From the IMG/VR virus record IMGVR_UViG_3300031555_001441, positions 64,001 through 128,000 of that record: 64,000 bases of DNA; one strand, 5' to 3'. The notes below the pieces were generated by a model that saw only the letters and a program-made list of their open reading frames with translations, was not told the DNA's origin and ran no database searches. This DNA is from a virus (taxonomy: Duplodnaviria > Caudoviricetes). Position numbers and translations under genes: made by a program. Positions 29,160 to 37,904 of this stretch are shown here, piece after piece (position 1 is the stretch's first letter; each line of letters starts with the position of its first letter).

Positions 29160-29690
29160 TTATTCAGTAGTGACGTAAAAGTCTATTACAAAGGACGTAG
29201 AATCACCCGGGGCTAATGTAACTGGTGATTCCAATACTTCACGGTACAATAAGTATTGACTGCTATTGCCAGTTGCGCCAATAGCACTGCCGGCGATAAG
29301 TTGCGATTTATATCCGATTTCACCTATTATCATATTAGTACTACCATTATTTGTGACAATAACAGTAATTCGTTTAATAATACGATTTAGACTTTCGTCA
29401 CTGATTGGAGTTGTTGATACCTTACCTGAAATATTTGAGCCTATGGTTGACTCTAATTGGTAGTCATTAACACTCGGAGGGGTTGTACCAGAGCCTACAG
29501 ACCAACCTTGTGCACTATAATTTGTAGTGAAACTATCCATACTATCGCTTGACGGATAGGCATAGCTTTGTACGGGTACAAGATATCTTTCAACTCCGCT
29601 TATATCACGAACTTTAATGTATGTCGTTTTATTATAGTTGTTGCCGAGCATAACTATTTTTGAAAGATTTATAAAGTTATTAGTCAGCAT
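29160..29690 (-). CDS. Putative tail-fibre-associated protein
   Basis: VGSGTTPPSVNDYQLE...IGEIG...LLYREVLESPVTLAPG. Confidence 0.6.
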   Translation of the reverse strand: MLTNNFINLSKIVMLGNNYNKTTYIKVRDISGVERYLVPVQSYAYPSSDSMDSFTTNYSAQGWSVGSGTTPPSVNDYQLESTIGSNISGKVSTTPISDESLNRIIKRITVIVTNNGSTNMIIGEIGYKSQLIAGSAIGATGNSSQYLLYREVLESPVTLAPGDSTSFVIDFYVTTE

Positions 29691-29907
29691 TTATTATTAC
29701 CTCCATTTGATTATTATTTGTGACATCTTCTGCGGTAAGTATGTGATTTACTATTGGCACAACAGTTAATTCTGTTTGTACAGAACTACCTCCGTTATCT
29801 GTACTAAACGTTACATATTCTCCAGGATGATCGGCGTCTTCGAGTTGCACGTTATCTATATTTTGAATAACGTCGTTTCCTAGTTTTACATTTTTCTTAG
29901 GCGTCAT
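29680..29907 (-). CDS. Small virion protein; N-terminus paralogous to 30032-30682
   Basis: KNVKLGNDVIQNIDNVQLEDAD versus RNIKLGNDVINDIETVKIEDAN. Confidence 0.65.
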   Translation of the reverse strand: MTPKKNVKLGNDVIQNIDNVQLEDADHPGEYVTFSTDNGGSSVQTELTVVPIVNHILTAEDVTNNNQMEVIINAD

Positions 29908-30031
29908 ATTGTTGTTAAATAAACCTCCTCTGTTCTTATACTTGCTGCATCTATATAAGGTTGCAGTAGTAGAAAATAAATAAAGAGAACAACTAAAAGT
30001 TGTTCTCTAAACCGATGATTTTTTTGTGTTG

Positions 30032-30682
30032 TTATCTTAGAGGAAGTCCGGATTCGACATTCTCATAGAGCCAATTTATAAAGGTTTCATCTGTTATGTT
30101 TTGATCACCAGATATAGTAATAGTTTTATATAATGTACTATACCAATTATTATTGGCATAAGCTATCAAAGAATTATTGTTGTTATTATTAGTAAATCCA
30201 TATTTAAAATAATTATCATAAAAATCAATATAAATAAATTCATAATTATTATATGAACTATTTTTAAAATTTATATTATATTGACCAGAAATAGAAATAT
30301 TTATATTATCTTTAAATACAATAACATCACCATCGTGTAATACTAACACATCAGTAAAATCAGCATACAACGAAACTTCATCTGATTGAGGTGTATATGG
30401 AAATGTTACACGAGTTGATGCATCACCTTTGACGCTATTCCATCCACTAAACGACGCTGAAGGCTTCGTTGGATTGACGGGAGCCGATACAGATCCACCG
30501 GACTGCACCATACTGATTGCATATGTGTTGTCATCGTAGTTTATGAATTTAACTGAATGTCCACCCGAGATTGTAGAGCCTAGCGAGAATGCGACATATT
30601 GCCCTGAGTTATTAGCATCTTCAATCTTTACAGTTTCTATATCATTGATTACATCGTTGCCGAGTTTTATGTTTCTGCCCAT
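30032..30682 (-). CDS. Virion protein with a B-repeat-like domain
   Basis: HSVKF...APVNPTKPSASFSGWN...SLYADF; AGGAG RBS. Confidence 0.65.
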   Translation of the reverse strand: MGRNIKLGNDVINDIETVKIEDANNSGQYVAFSLGSTISGGHSVKFINYDDNTYAISMVQSGGSVSAPVNPTKPSASFSGWNSVKGDASTRVTFPYTPQSDEVSLYADFTDVLVLHDGDVIVFKDNINISISGQYNINFKNSSYNNYEFIYIDFYDNYFKYGFTNNNNNNSLIAYANNNWYSTLYKTITISGDQNITDETFINWLYENVESGLPLR

Positions 30683-30777
30683 AGCTGAAATCGCTCCTAG
30701 AATATAATTTGTTGTAAATATACAAGGTTGCATAATGTTAAATGCCCTACTATAGAAGTAAGGGCATCATCAACATA

Positions 30778-33147
30778 TTATGTTGCAGGAACTATTGTGT
30801 TTGATGTGTAGTATGTTGTATTAATTGTAGGAGTACTTTTAAAAGAACCACCTGTAATTGCAAACATCAGATATAAAGAATTGCTGTCAGTAGAGCCATT
30901 ACCTTCAGAAGGGATACGATATGGTGTATTATATTCAGAAGTTTGAGTATCTGACAACTTTATGGAGGTACAACCGTAAAACATACCATCATAACAATAA
31001 TCAGCCAACGTAGTAGCAGGTAAAGCAGGAAGAGTCGTAAGAGAAGTACATCCGTAAAACATCTGATAATAACAACTATTAGCTAACGTAGTAGCAGGTA
31101 AAGCTGGTACTGTTGTGAGAGAAGTACATCCCATAAACATATAACAGTAGCAGAAATTACCTAACGTAGTAGCTGGTAATTCTGGAGCAGTTGTGAGAGA
31201 GGTACAGCCTCTGAACATACTTTGATAACAATTCTCAGCTAACGTAGTAGCAAGTAAAGCAGGAGGAGTCGTAAGAGAGGTACAACCATTAAACATAGTA
31301 TCATAACAACTCTCAGCTAACGTAGTAGCAGGTAAAGCAGGAGAAGTCGTAAGAGAGGTACAGTTATAGAACATACTGTTATAACATGACAATGCCAAAG
31401 ACGTAGCTGGTAGAGCTGGGGCTATTGTGAGAGAAGTACAGTTTCCGAACATACCTTGATAGCAACGACTAGTTAATGCAGTAGCTGGTAATGCTGGAGC
31501 TGAAGTAAGAGATGTACAACCGTCGAACATATAACTGTAGCAGTTTCTAGATAACGCAGTAGCTGGTAATTCCGGAGCAGTTGTAAGCGAGGTACAACCA
31601 TAGAACATATATTGATAACAACGGTCAGCCCACATAATAGAGCCCCTCAACGTTGTAGCAGGTAATTCTGGAGCAGAGATAAGAGCAGTACAACCATAGA
31701 ACATATAACTGTAGCAGTCTAGACCCATTGTCGGGTGATTACCATCAGTTACAGTCTGATAATCTAGCAGGTTCTCAATATTTCCGCTACATGAAATATT
31801 TGACCCAGACAACACCCATCTCGAACTTAAACTATTGCTATTACCAGTTATTCCTTTATTTCCTGTACCTCTAAGGTACAGTTTATTATTAGATCCACTA
31901 CTAAGCGTTGTAGTTCCATCCCAAGTATTCCATGTTGTTGTATCTGTAGAATACTCTAATGTTCCACCCCAGTGCTTTACATTGTCATAAACATTTAATG
32001 TAAATGAATTAGGACTACTAAATGTTACGTATGAATTTTGAGGAGGTTGTTCTTGATTCCGCTTCACATATCCATGTGATGCAATTCCCCACAAGTAATA
32101 GGTTGTATTAATTAAAGGAGTACCTGTAAAAGTACCTCCGGTATTAGCAAACATGCTGCTCAATGCATTATTTGCATCAGTACCTGTACCGCTTAATGGA
32201 ATTCGGTATGGAACTTGATAATCTCCTGTTTGAGTATCTGATAATTTCATAGAGGTACAGCCACTGAACATCCCATTATAACAACTCTCAGCTAACGTAG
32301 TAGCTGGCAATGCTGGAGCTGCTGTAAGAGCTTTACAATCAGAGAACATACTCCGGTAACAACTATAAGCTAACGTAGTAGCAGGTAATTCCGGAGCTTT
32401 TGTAAGAGACGTGCAGTAGTGAAACATCTCATAGTAACACTTCCCAGCCAATGCGGTGGCTGGCAATGCTGGAGCTGTTTTAAGTGAAGTACAGCCATTG
32501 AACATGTCCTCATAACAACTATAAGCTAACGTAGTAGCGGGTAATGCTGGGACTGTTGTGAGAGAAGCGCACCCATAGAACATGAAATCATAACAACTCT
32601 CAGCTAACGTAGTAGCTGGCAATTCAGGAGCTGTCGTGAGAGCAGTACATCCTGCAAACATGTATCTATAGCACTCACTGACCAACGTAGTAGCTGGCAA
32701 TGCCGGAGCTACGGTAAGAGCTGTACAGTTCTGAAACATAGCCTCGTAACAAGTGGTAGTTAATGTAGTAGCTGGTAGTTCCGGAGCTGCTATAAGAGCT
32801 TTACAGCCGGAGAACATAACACCATAACAACCACCAATCATTGTAGGATGATTTCCTGAAGCTACTGTTTGATAATCAAGAAGATTTTCTATGTTTCCTA
32901 TGCAGGAAATATTCGATCCAGTTAGTCCCCAGCGACGCTTACTGACATTTGATGTTATATAAGTATTTCCTGTACCCCTTAAGTATAATTCATTATTAGG
33001 TCCACTGCTGAGAGTTGTTCCAGTCCAAACATTCCATGTAACAGTATCAGTAGAGTACTCAATAGTTCCATTCCAGTGTTTTGTTAAGTCGTAAACCTGT
33101 AAAGTAAATGAACTAGGACTACTAAAAGTTAAATAAGGATTTGGCAT
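30778..33147 (-). CDS. Receptor-binding-like protein with two modules of 24-aa BspA-like repeats
   Basis: Repeated APALPATTLAxxCYxxMFxGCTSLTT; the N-cap, repeats and C-cap module occurs twice. Confidence 0.8.
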   Translation of the reverse strand: MPNPYLTFSSPSSFTLQVYDLTKHWNGTIEYSTDTVTWNVWTGTTLSSGPNNELYLRGTGNTYITSNVSKRRWGLTGSNISCIGNIENLLDYQTVASGNHPTMIGGCYGVMFSGCKALIAAPELPATTLTTTCYEAMFQNCTALTVAPALPATTLVSECYRYMFAGCTALTTAPELPATTLAESCYDFMFYGCASLTTVPALPATTLAYSCYEDMFNGCTSLKTAPALPATALAGKCYYEMFHYCTSLTKAPELPATTLAYSCYRSMFSDCKALTAAPALPATTLAESCYNGMFSGCTSMKLSDTQTGDYQVPYRIPLSGTGTDANNALSSMFANTGGTFTGTPLINTTYYLWGIASHGYVKRNQEQPPQNSYVTFSSPNSFTLNVYDNVKHWGGTLEYSTDTTTWNTWDGTTTLSSGSNNKLYLRGTGNKGITGNSNSLSSRWVLSGSNISCSGNIENLLDYQTVTDGNHPTMGLDCYSYMFYGCTALISAPELPATTLRGSIMWADRCYQYMFYGCTSLTTAPELPATALSRNCYSYMFDGCTSLTSAPALPATALTSRCYQGMFGNCTSLTIAPALPATSLALSCYNSMFYNCTSLTTSPALPATTLAESCYDTMFNGCTSLTTPPALLATTLAENCYQSMFRGCTSLTTAPELPATTLGNFCYCYMFMGCTSLTTVPALPATTLANSCYYQMFYGCTSLTTLPALPATTLADYCYDGMFYGCTSIKLSDTQTSEYNTPYRIPSEGNGSTDSNSLYLMFAITGGSFKSTPTINTTYYTSNTIVPAT

Positions 33148-33173
33148 TATTTATCATCCTCCTAAGTAGATAA

Positions 33174-35111
33174 TTATGCATTAGGATCTGGAGCATATAT
33201 TGTGATTCCGTCGATTACTGCTATTGGAATACCTGTGGAAAGTACTTGGACTACTGTACCTTCTTGGGGCATGTTGACGTTCTTCCACTTCTGAGAAGCA
33301 CTATCGTATGTGATACCTTGTCCGTCAGAAACATTGTTGATAGCAACGTCTGTTAAGTCAACAAGTGCTGAAGCACCGCCACCACCTTGTTGAATCGCTT
33401 GATAGATACCGTCGGAAGTAACTCCATTCAGACTTCCTTGAGTTGGAGTATTATCAAGAGGTGTATGTGTTAACCAAGTAACAGATCCATCAGGATTCTC
33501 AACGAGTCCATTAGGATATAATTTGCTGTTAGACGTATAAAGAGTTGTATTTATACTAATAGACTGAGCAGTACCTCCTGTTCCTTCAATCATCATATCC
33601 AAACTGTTAGAACCCGCTGTTCCTGTTCCAGACGCAGGAACTCTATATGAACCAACATAATTACCTACTTGAGTACTCGAAAATTTAATCGAAGTACAAC
33701 CATTGAACATATACTCATAACAAGCCTCAGGTAACACAGTGGCGAATAAAACAGGAAGTACCTCAAGGGATGTACACCCTCTGAACATCTCATAATAACA
33801 ATCCTTAGTCAACGTAGTAGCAGGTAAAGCAGGGGGAGTTGTAAGAGCAGTACAACCTTCGAACATACTGAAATAACATCCATTAGCTAACGTAGTAGCT
33901 GGTAGGAGATCAAACGGAACATCTACAAGAGATGTACAACCACGGAACATACGACAATAGCAATTTTCAGCTAATGCAGTAGCTGGCAGTCTTACTGTCA
34001 GCGGACTTTTCAACGATGTACAATTATCAAACATGCCTTCAAAACTTCTAACTCCTACTGAAGTAGCTAATATTTTAGGAGTGGAAGTAAGAGCAGTACA
34101 ACCGGAAAACATATCAGCATAACACATAGCCCCTACAGCACGAGCAGGTAAAACATGAGGTGAATTCACAAGAGACCTACATCCATTGAACATGAAAGAG
34201 TAACATGATATCAGAGAACCTAAATTTGTTGCTGGTAGCTCAGGAGCATATTTAAGAGAGGTGCAGCCCGAAAACATATAAGAATAGCACTCATCATGCA
34301 GTACAGTAGCAGGTAATTCTGGAGCTACTACAAGAGAGGTACAACCTTGAAACATTTGTTTGTATCCGTATAATTCTACATTAAGTGATCCAAGATATGG
34401 AGCACCTGAAAGCGCAGTACAATTCTTAAATAAACTACGGAATGCACTAGCACTCATCTTTGGATGCAAACCTTTTTCTACACTTTTATAATCTAATATG
34501 CTCTCTAGGTTACCTGAACATTGTATAAGAGATCCTGTAAGAACCCAAGGATAGAAATTATATTGAGCCGCTGTTACATAAGTATTACCTGAACCTCTTA
34601 AGTATATTTTATTGTTAGCACTGCTTACTGTTCCACCTGACCAGGTATGCCAATTGACTGCATCCGTAGAATACTCAATAGTTCCATCCCACGCTTTTAT
34701 ATTATTTGTTACTTGTAATGTAAATGAGTTGTTACTAGTAAAGACTATATAACTCGAAATTTCATTTCTCATTTGGGACAGCGAAACAGCATCAGTATTG
34801 TACTGCGTATACGGTAGTCCAGTCACTCTATTGTTTTGCATGTTGATAGTTCCTGACATAGACCCGCCGCTGAGACTCAATTTATTACTTATTTCATCAA
34901 CTAACTCTTGTTTTATTTGATCTATCTCCTCAGGAGTTACACCTTCAGGAGCATATATAGAAACTCCGGCTATTTCAGCTATCTTAACGCCTTCTGAGAG
35001 TTTAGCACTTATCGAAGTTTTATCTACTTTAAGACTTCCATCGGCATTCATCTTCAGCAGAAGCGACTTAATAGCTCTATTAAGATGTTCTTCACCTAAA
35101 AACTTTTTCAT
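33174..35111 (-). CDS. Tail-fibre-like protein with 24-aa BspA-like repeats
   Basis: KLSLSGGSMSGTINMQNNRVTGL fibre motif plus the same repeat module. Confidence 0.8.
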   Translation of the reverse strand: MKKFLGEEHLNRAIKSLLLKMNADGSLKVDKTSISAKLSEGVKIAEIAGVSIYAPEGVTPEEIDQIKQELVDEISNKLSLSGGSMSGTINMQNNRVTGLPYTQYNTDAVSLSQMRNEISSYIVFTSNNSFTLQVTNNIKAWDGTIEYSTDAVNWHTWSGGTVSSANNKIYLRGSGNTYVTAAQYNFYPWVLTGSLIQCSGNLESILDYKSVEKGLHPKMSASAFRSLFKNCTALSGAPYLGSLNVELYGYKQMFQGCTSLVVAPELPATVLHDECYSYMFSGCTSLKYAPELPATNLGSLISCYSFMFNGCRSLVNSPHVLPARAVGAMCYADMFSGCTALTSTPKILATSVGVRSFEGMFDNCTSLKSPLTVRLPATALAENCYCRMFRGCTSLVDVPFDLLPATTLANGCYFSMFEGCTALTTPPALPATTLTKDCYYEMFRGCTSLEVLPVLFATVLPEACYEYMFNGCTSIKFSSTQVGNYVGSYRVPASGTGTAGSNSLDMMIEGTGGTAQSISINTTLYTSNSKLYPNGLVENPDGSVTWLTHTPLDNTPTQGSLNGVTSDGIYQAIQQGGGGASALVDLTDVAINNVSDGQGITYDSASQKWKNVNMPQEGTVVQVLSTGIPIAVIDGITIYAPDPNA

Positions 35112-35140
35112 ATATAAATTGTTCTCCTCTCACTGTTATC

Positions 35141-35533
35141 TCAATCATAATACCAAACAAGCTTTCCTGGGAATGAACTGTTTGGATAAAACCATCGCGT
35201 ATTACCTCCAAAGCTGAACTCAGCACCGCCACTCCAAATATCTTCAGGATTAAAGCTTACATAATTTAACTTACATAACATTTTTCCTGTTTTACCAGAT
35301 TCCAGAAAATTCGGATATTCATTGTAGAAGAATACCTGATAACCGTCTTTGACATATTGATATATCTCCTCTATTGATATATCTAAGATATGATGACCAC
35401 TCGGTTCATCATAGTAATTATCTATGCACTTTATTTTACCGTGTCCTAGAGACACAATCCCTTCTTCAATATTATTCAGTCTGTCAGCTGTAATAATATC
35501 AGAAGGTCTCCAAATATGCTGTGTATAACTCAT
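35141..35533 (-). CDS. Fibre/adapter protein
   Basis: WRPSDIITADRLNNIEEGI N-terminus. Confidence 0.7.
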   Translation of the reverse strand: MSYTQHIWRPSDIITADRLNNIEEGIVSLGHGKIKCIDNYYDEPSGHHILDISIEEIYQYVKDGYQVFFYNEYPNFLESGKTGKMLCKLNYVSFNPEDIWSGGAEFSFGGNTRWFYPNSSFPGKLVWYYD

Positions 35534-35557
35534 ATTACTTCTCCTTCACGATTTATG

Positions 35558-36301
35558 TTACTCAGCACTATTATCAAAAATAGAGCCGATACGAACGCGA
35601 TATGATCCGGGACATACTATAGGACTTCCTTCTTCTGGATAGAAGAATGATGTGAATACCCAGTTTTCCAAATTTGAATCACATGTTATTTTACACGCAG
35701 GATTGTCCACTTGATCTGTAAATACTAACCGACCGTCTTCATCACTACGACGATACAAAAATACTGAATGCAGATAGTCTAAAGAAGCTACATTTATAAC
35801 AAATTTATCTATAGGATAATCTTTGTAGCTCTCATCAGAAAATACCAGTGAAGCAGGCTGATCTGAGAGAGTGATATCTGTGTTTAGAAATTCAATGTAA
35901 GCAGTAGATGTTGAATAGATAGGCGATGCAGATAAATCTTCAGTGTAGAAGGCGTAAGTATCACCATATTTTCCTAATTGTACGGTAGCGGACGCTCCAT
36001 TATTATGTAACTCGTAACTGTATAAATCTCGTAGGTTATGATATTCTTCATTCATGAAAGACTCACGCAGATCACATTGAATCCACTTGCCTTCATTTAT
36101 AATACTCATAATGTCGTTAACACTTAAAGGTAGTGAAATTGTAAATGCTGAAGTATCTCCATCAACTGTATCTACATTGTATGCTTCAGCTATGACTTTA
36201 ACTATATTAAATACAGGTTCTACTGAATTTTCTATTCTATTCAAATCTTCTGAAGTTATTAGCTCATCAGATTCCCAGTGTTTTGAAATAGGCTCTGCCA
36301 T
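35558..36301 (-). CDS. Fibre/adapter protein
   Basis: WESDELITSEDLNRIENSV N-terminus. Confidence 0.7.
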   Translation of the reverse strand: MAEPISKHWESDELITSEDLNRIENSVEPVFNIVKVIAEAYNVDTVDGDTSAFTISLPLSVNDIMSIINEGKWIQCDLRESFMNEEYHNLRDLYSYELHNNGASATVQLGKYGDTYAFYTEDLSASPIYSTSTAYIEFLNTDITLSDQPASLVFSDESYKDYPIDKFVINVASLDYLHSVFLYRRSDEDGRLVFTDQVDNPACKITCDSNLENWVFTSFFYPEEGSPIVCPGSYRVRIGSIFDNSAE

Positions 36302-36321
36302 TTAGTAAATCCTCCTTACAA

Positions 36322-37377
36322 TTAATCTACATCTCGTGAGAACATTTCATCTAACGAGTTCGAAAAATAACTATATCCAGAACTGTCAGCAAATGATGTA
36401 CTATATTCATGGAGTTCAGATATCTCAACAGGGAGATAAGAGTAGCTCTCTGATGGTACTCTTACAGGAACATCGTCGTACTCAGCATACACTTCTATAT
36501 GATATGTTCCCGGTTCAACATTTGTTGGTTGATGAGTCCATTTATTGAAATAACAAACGATGCAGCTATTGCAAGTCCAGTCAAATTTACAGCACCTATA
36601 AACATCTTCGTTGTAATATACACCTTCGAGATCAGCGTGTGAATAATACTGAACTCCGTCAACTTTAACCACCATTCTACTAGCAGGTAGAGCAGGAACA
36701 GTATAACCAATAGACGTTTGTTCTAACTGACTCCAGTTGCTTATTATAGTGTCAGATTCAGCTATAAATGTCTGAGAAGGTGCTACAACTGTGACCCCAT
36801 CTGCTTGAGTAATTTGAACTGTGTAAGTTCCAGCTGCACTAGCAGTACACCAAATTTCAGGAGCCTGCTCACCAATAGCACCATCACTAACTATAAAATC
36901 TACACCTTCAACTGTGCCACAGTATGTATACTCATTACTCGTATCTGTCCAACCTCTCGTCAGTGTTCCTGATACGCCATTAACTGATACAGTTACTATC
37001 CAATCTGACCTACCGCCCTCTTGAGTCAGAGGAATATGCGAATCTGCAGTTGCATCTGACGGGACTACTATTGTATTATCAACAATGAGAGTTCTTGCAT
37101 TCACAGACTTATTGTCGTCAAATACTGATAAAGGATAATCGCTATAAAAATTGTTAGGATTAGATGAATCTTGCGAACGTTTCAGTTTAACAATAGTTCC
37201 ACGATTCACAGCTTCTATCATTTCTCGCGGAGTAATATTCAATATAATTCGATCTGAGTCTACTGTTGAAGTAACATCTCTCACCTCAAGGTTTTGAGGA
37301 TTTGCAATCTTATTTTCAATCTCGTTCAATCTAGCAGATGTTATCTTTTCACCTGGTGTCCATGTGTGTTTACTCAT
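36322..37377 (-). CDS. Fibre/adapter protein
   Basis: WTPGEKITSARLNEIENKI N-terminus; GAGGTG RBS. Confidence 0.7.
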   Translation of the reverse strand: MSKHTWTPGEKITSARLNEIENKIANPQNLEVRDVTSTVDSDRIILNITPREMIEAVNRGTIVKLKRSQDSSNPNNFYSDYPLSVFDDNKSVNARTLIVDNTIVVPSDATADSHIPLTQEGGRSDWIVTVSVNGVSGTLTRGWTDTSNEYTYCGTVEGVDFIVSDGAIGEQAPEIWCTASAAGTYTVQITQADGVTVVAPSQTFIAESDTIISNWSQLEQTSIGYTVPALPASRMVVKVDGVQYYSHADLEGVYYNEDVYRCCKFDWTCNSCIVCYFNKWTHQPTNVEPGTYHIEVYAEYDDVPVRVPSESYSYLPVEISELHEYSTSFADSSGYSYFSNSLDEMFSRDVD

Positions 37378-37388
37378 ATCATCACACC

Positions 37389-37781
37389 TCACTCACTTAA
37401 TATTGCAGCACCGACGTGACATTCATCAGCTACTGCTGTAACTAAATCAGTTTCTGTATCGAGGCCCATACTGTTTAAGAAATCAATTGTATCTTGAATA
37501 TCAACAAAATCAGTATCTTCTGGAATAATAGGACGATTGTCTAGATCTAAATAGTTACCTGATGTAGCAACAGCTGCAAAATCAGGTTTATTTGCTATGT
37601 TAGCCCAGTCAACTGAACTAGCAGATCCTCCTCCGAATACTTCAGAACCTACGTATATTTGTTTAGTGTTTTCATCAAAGTAAATTGTATTACCGTCAGG
37701 CGTAGCAGGAAGTGTTCCTCCTGTACGGATATAAACAAATTTCACTTTGTCACCTGAAATAGGTATTCTCCATATCGACAT
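37389..37781 (-). CDS. Virion fibre-like protein
   Basis: IYFDENTKQIYVG; VDWANIANKPDFAAVATSGNYLDLDNRP. Confidence 0.7.
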   Translation of the reverse strand: MSIWRIPISGDKVKFVYIRTGGTLPATPDGNTIYFDENTKQIYVGSEVFGGGSASSVDWANIANKPDFAAVATSGNYLDLDNRPIIPEDTDFVDIQDTIDFLNSMGLDTETDLVTAVADECHVGAAILSE

Positions 37782-37850
37782 AATGTTTGTATTATACTCC
37801 TTACTGATGTTATGTTATTATAGAAGGTTAAACAATAAGAAAAAGAAATT

Positions 37851-37881
37851 GTGGGCAGCTTGTTTAAATACAGCTGCCCAC
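37851..37881 (-). terminator. Intrinsic terminator
   Basis: GTGGGCAGCT...AGCTGCCCAC hairpin after the 860-aa gene. Confidence 0.7.
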
Positions 37882-37904
37882 TACATTATGTGCTTTAGTT
37901 GTCT

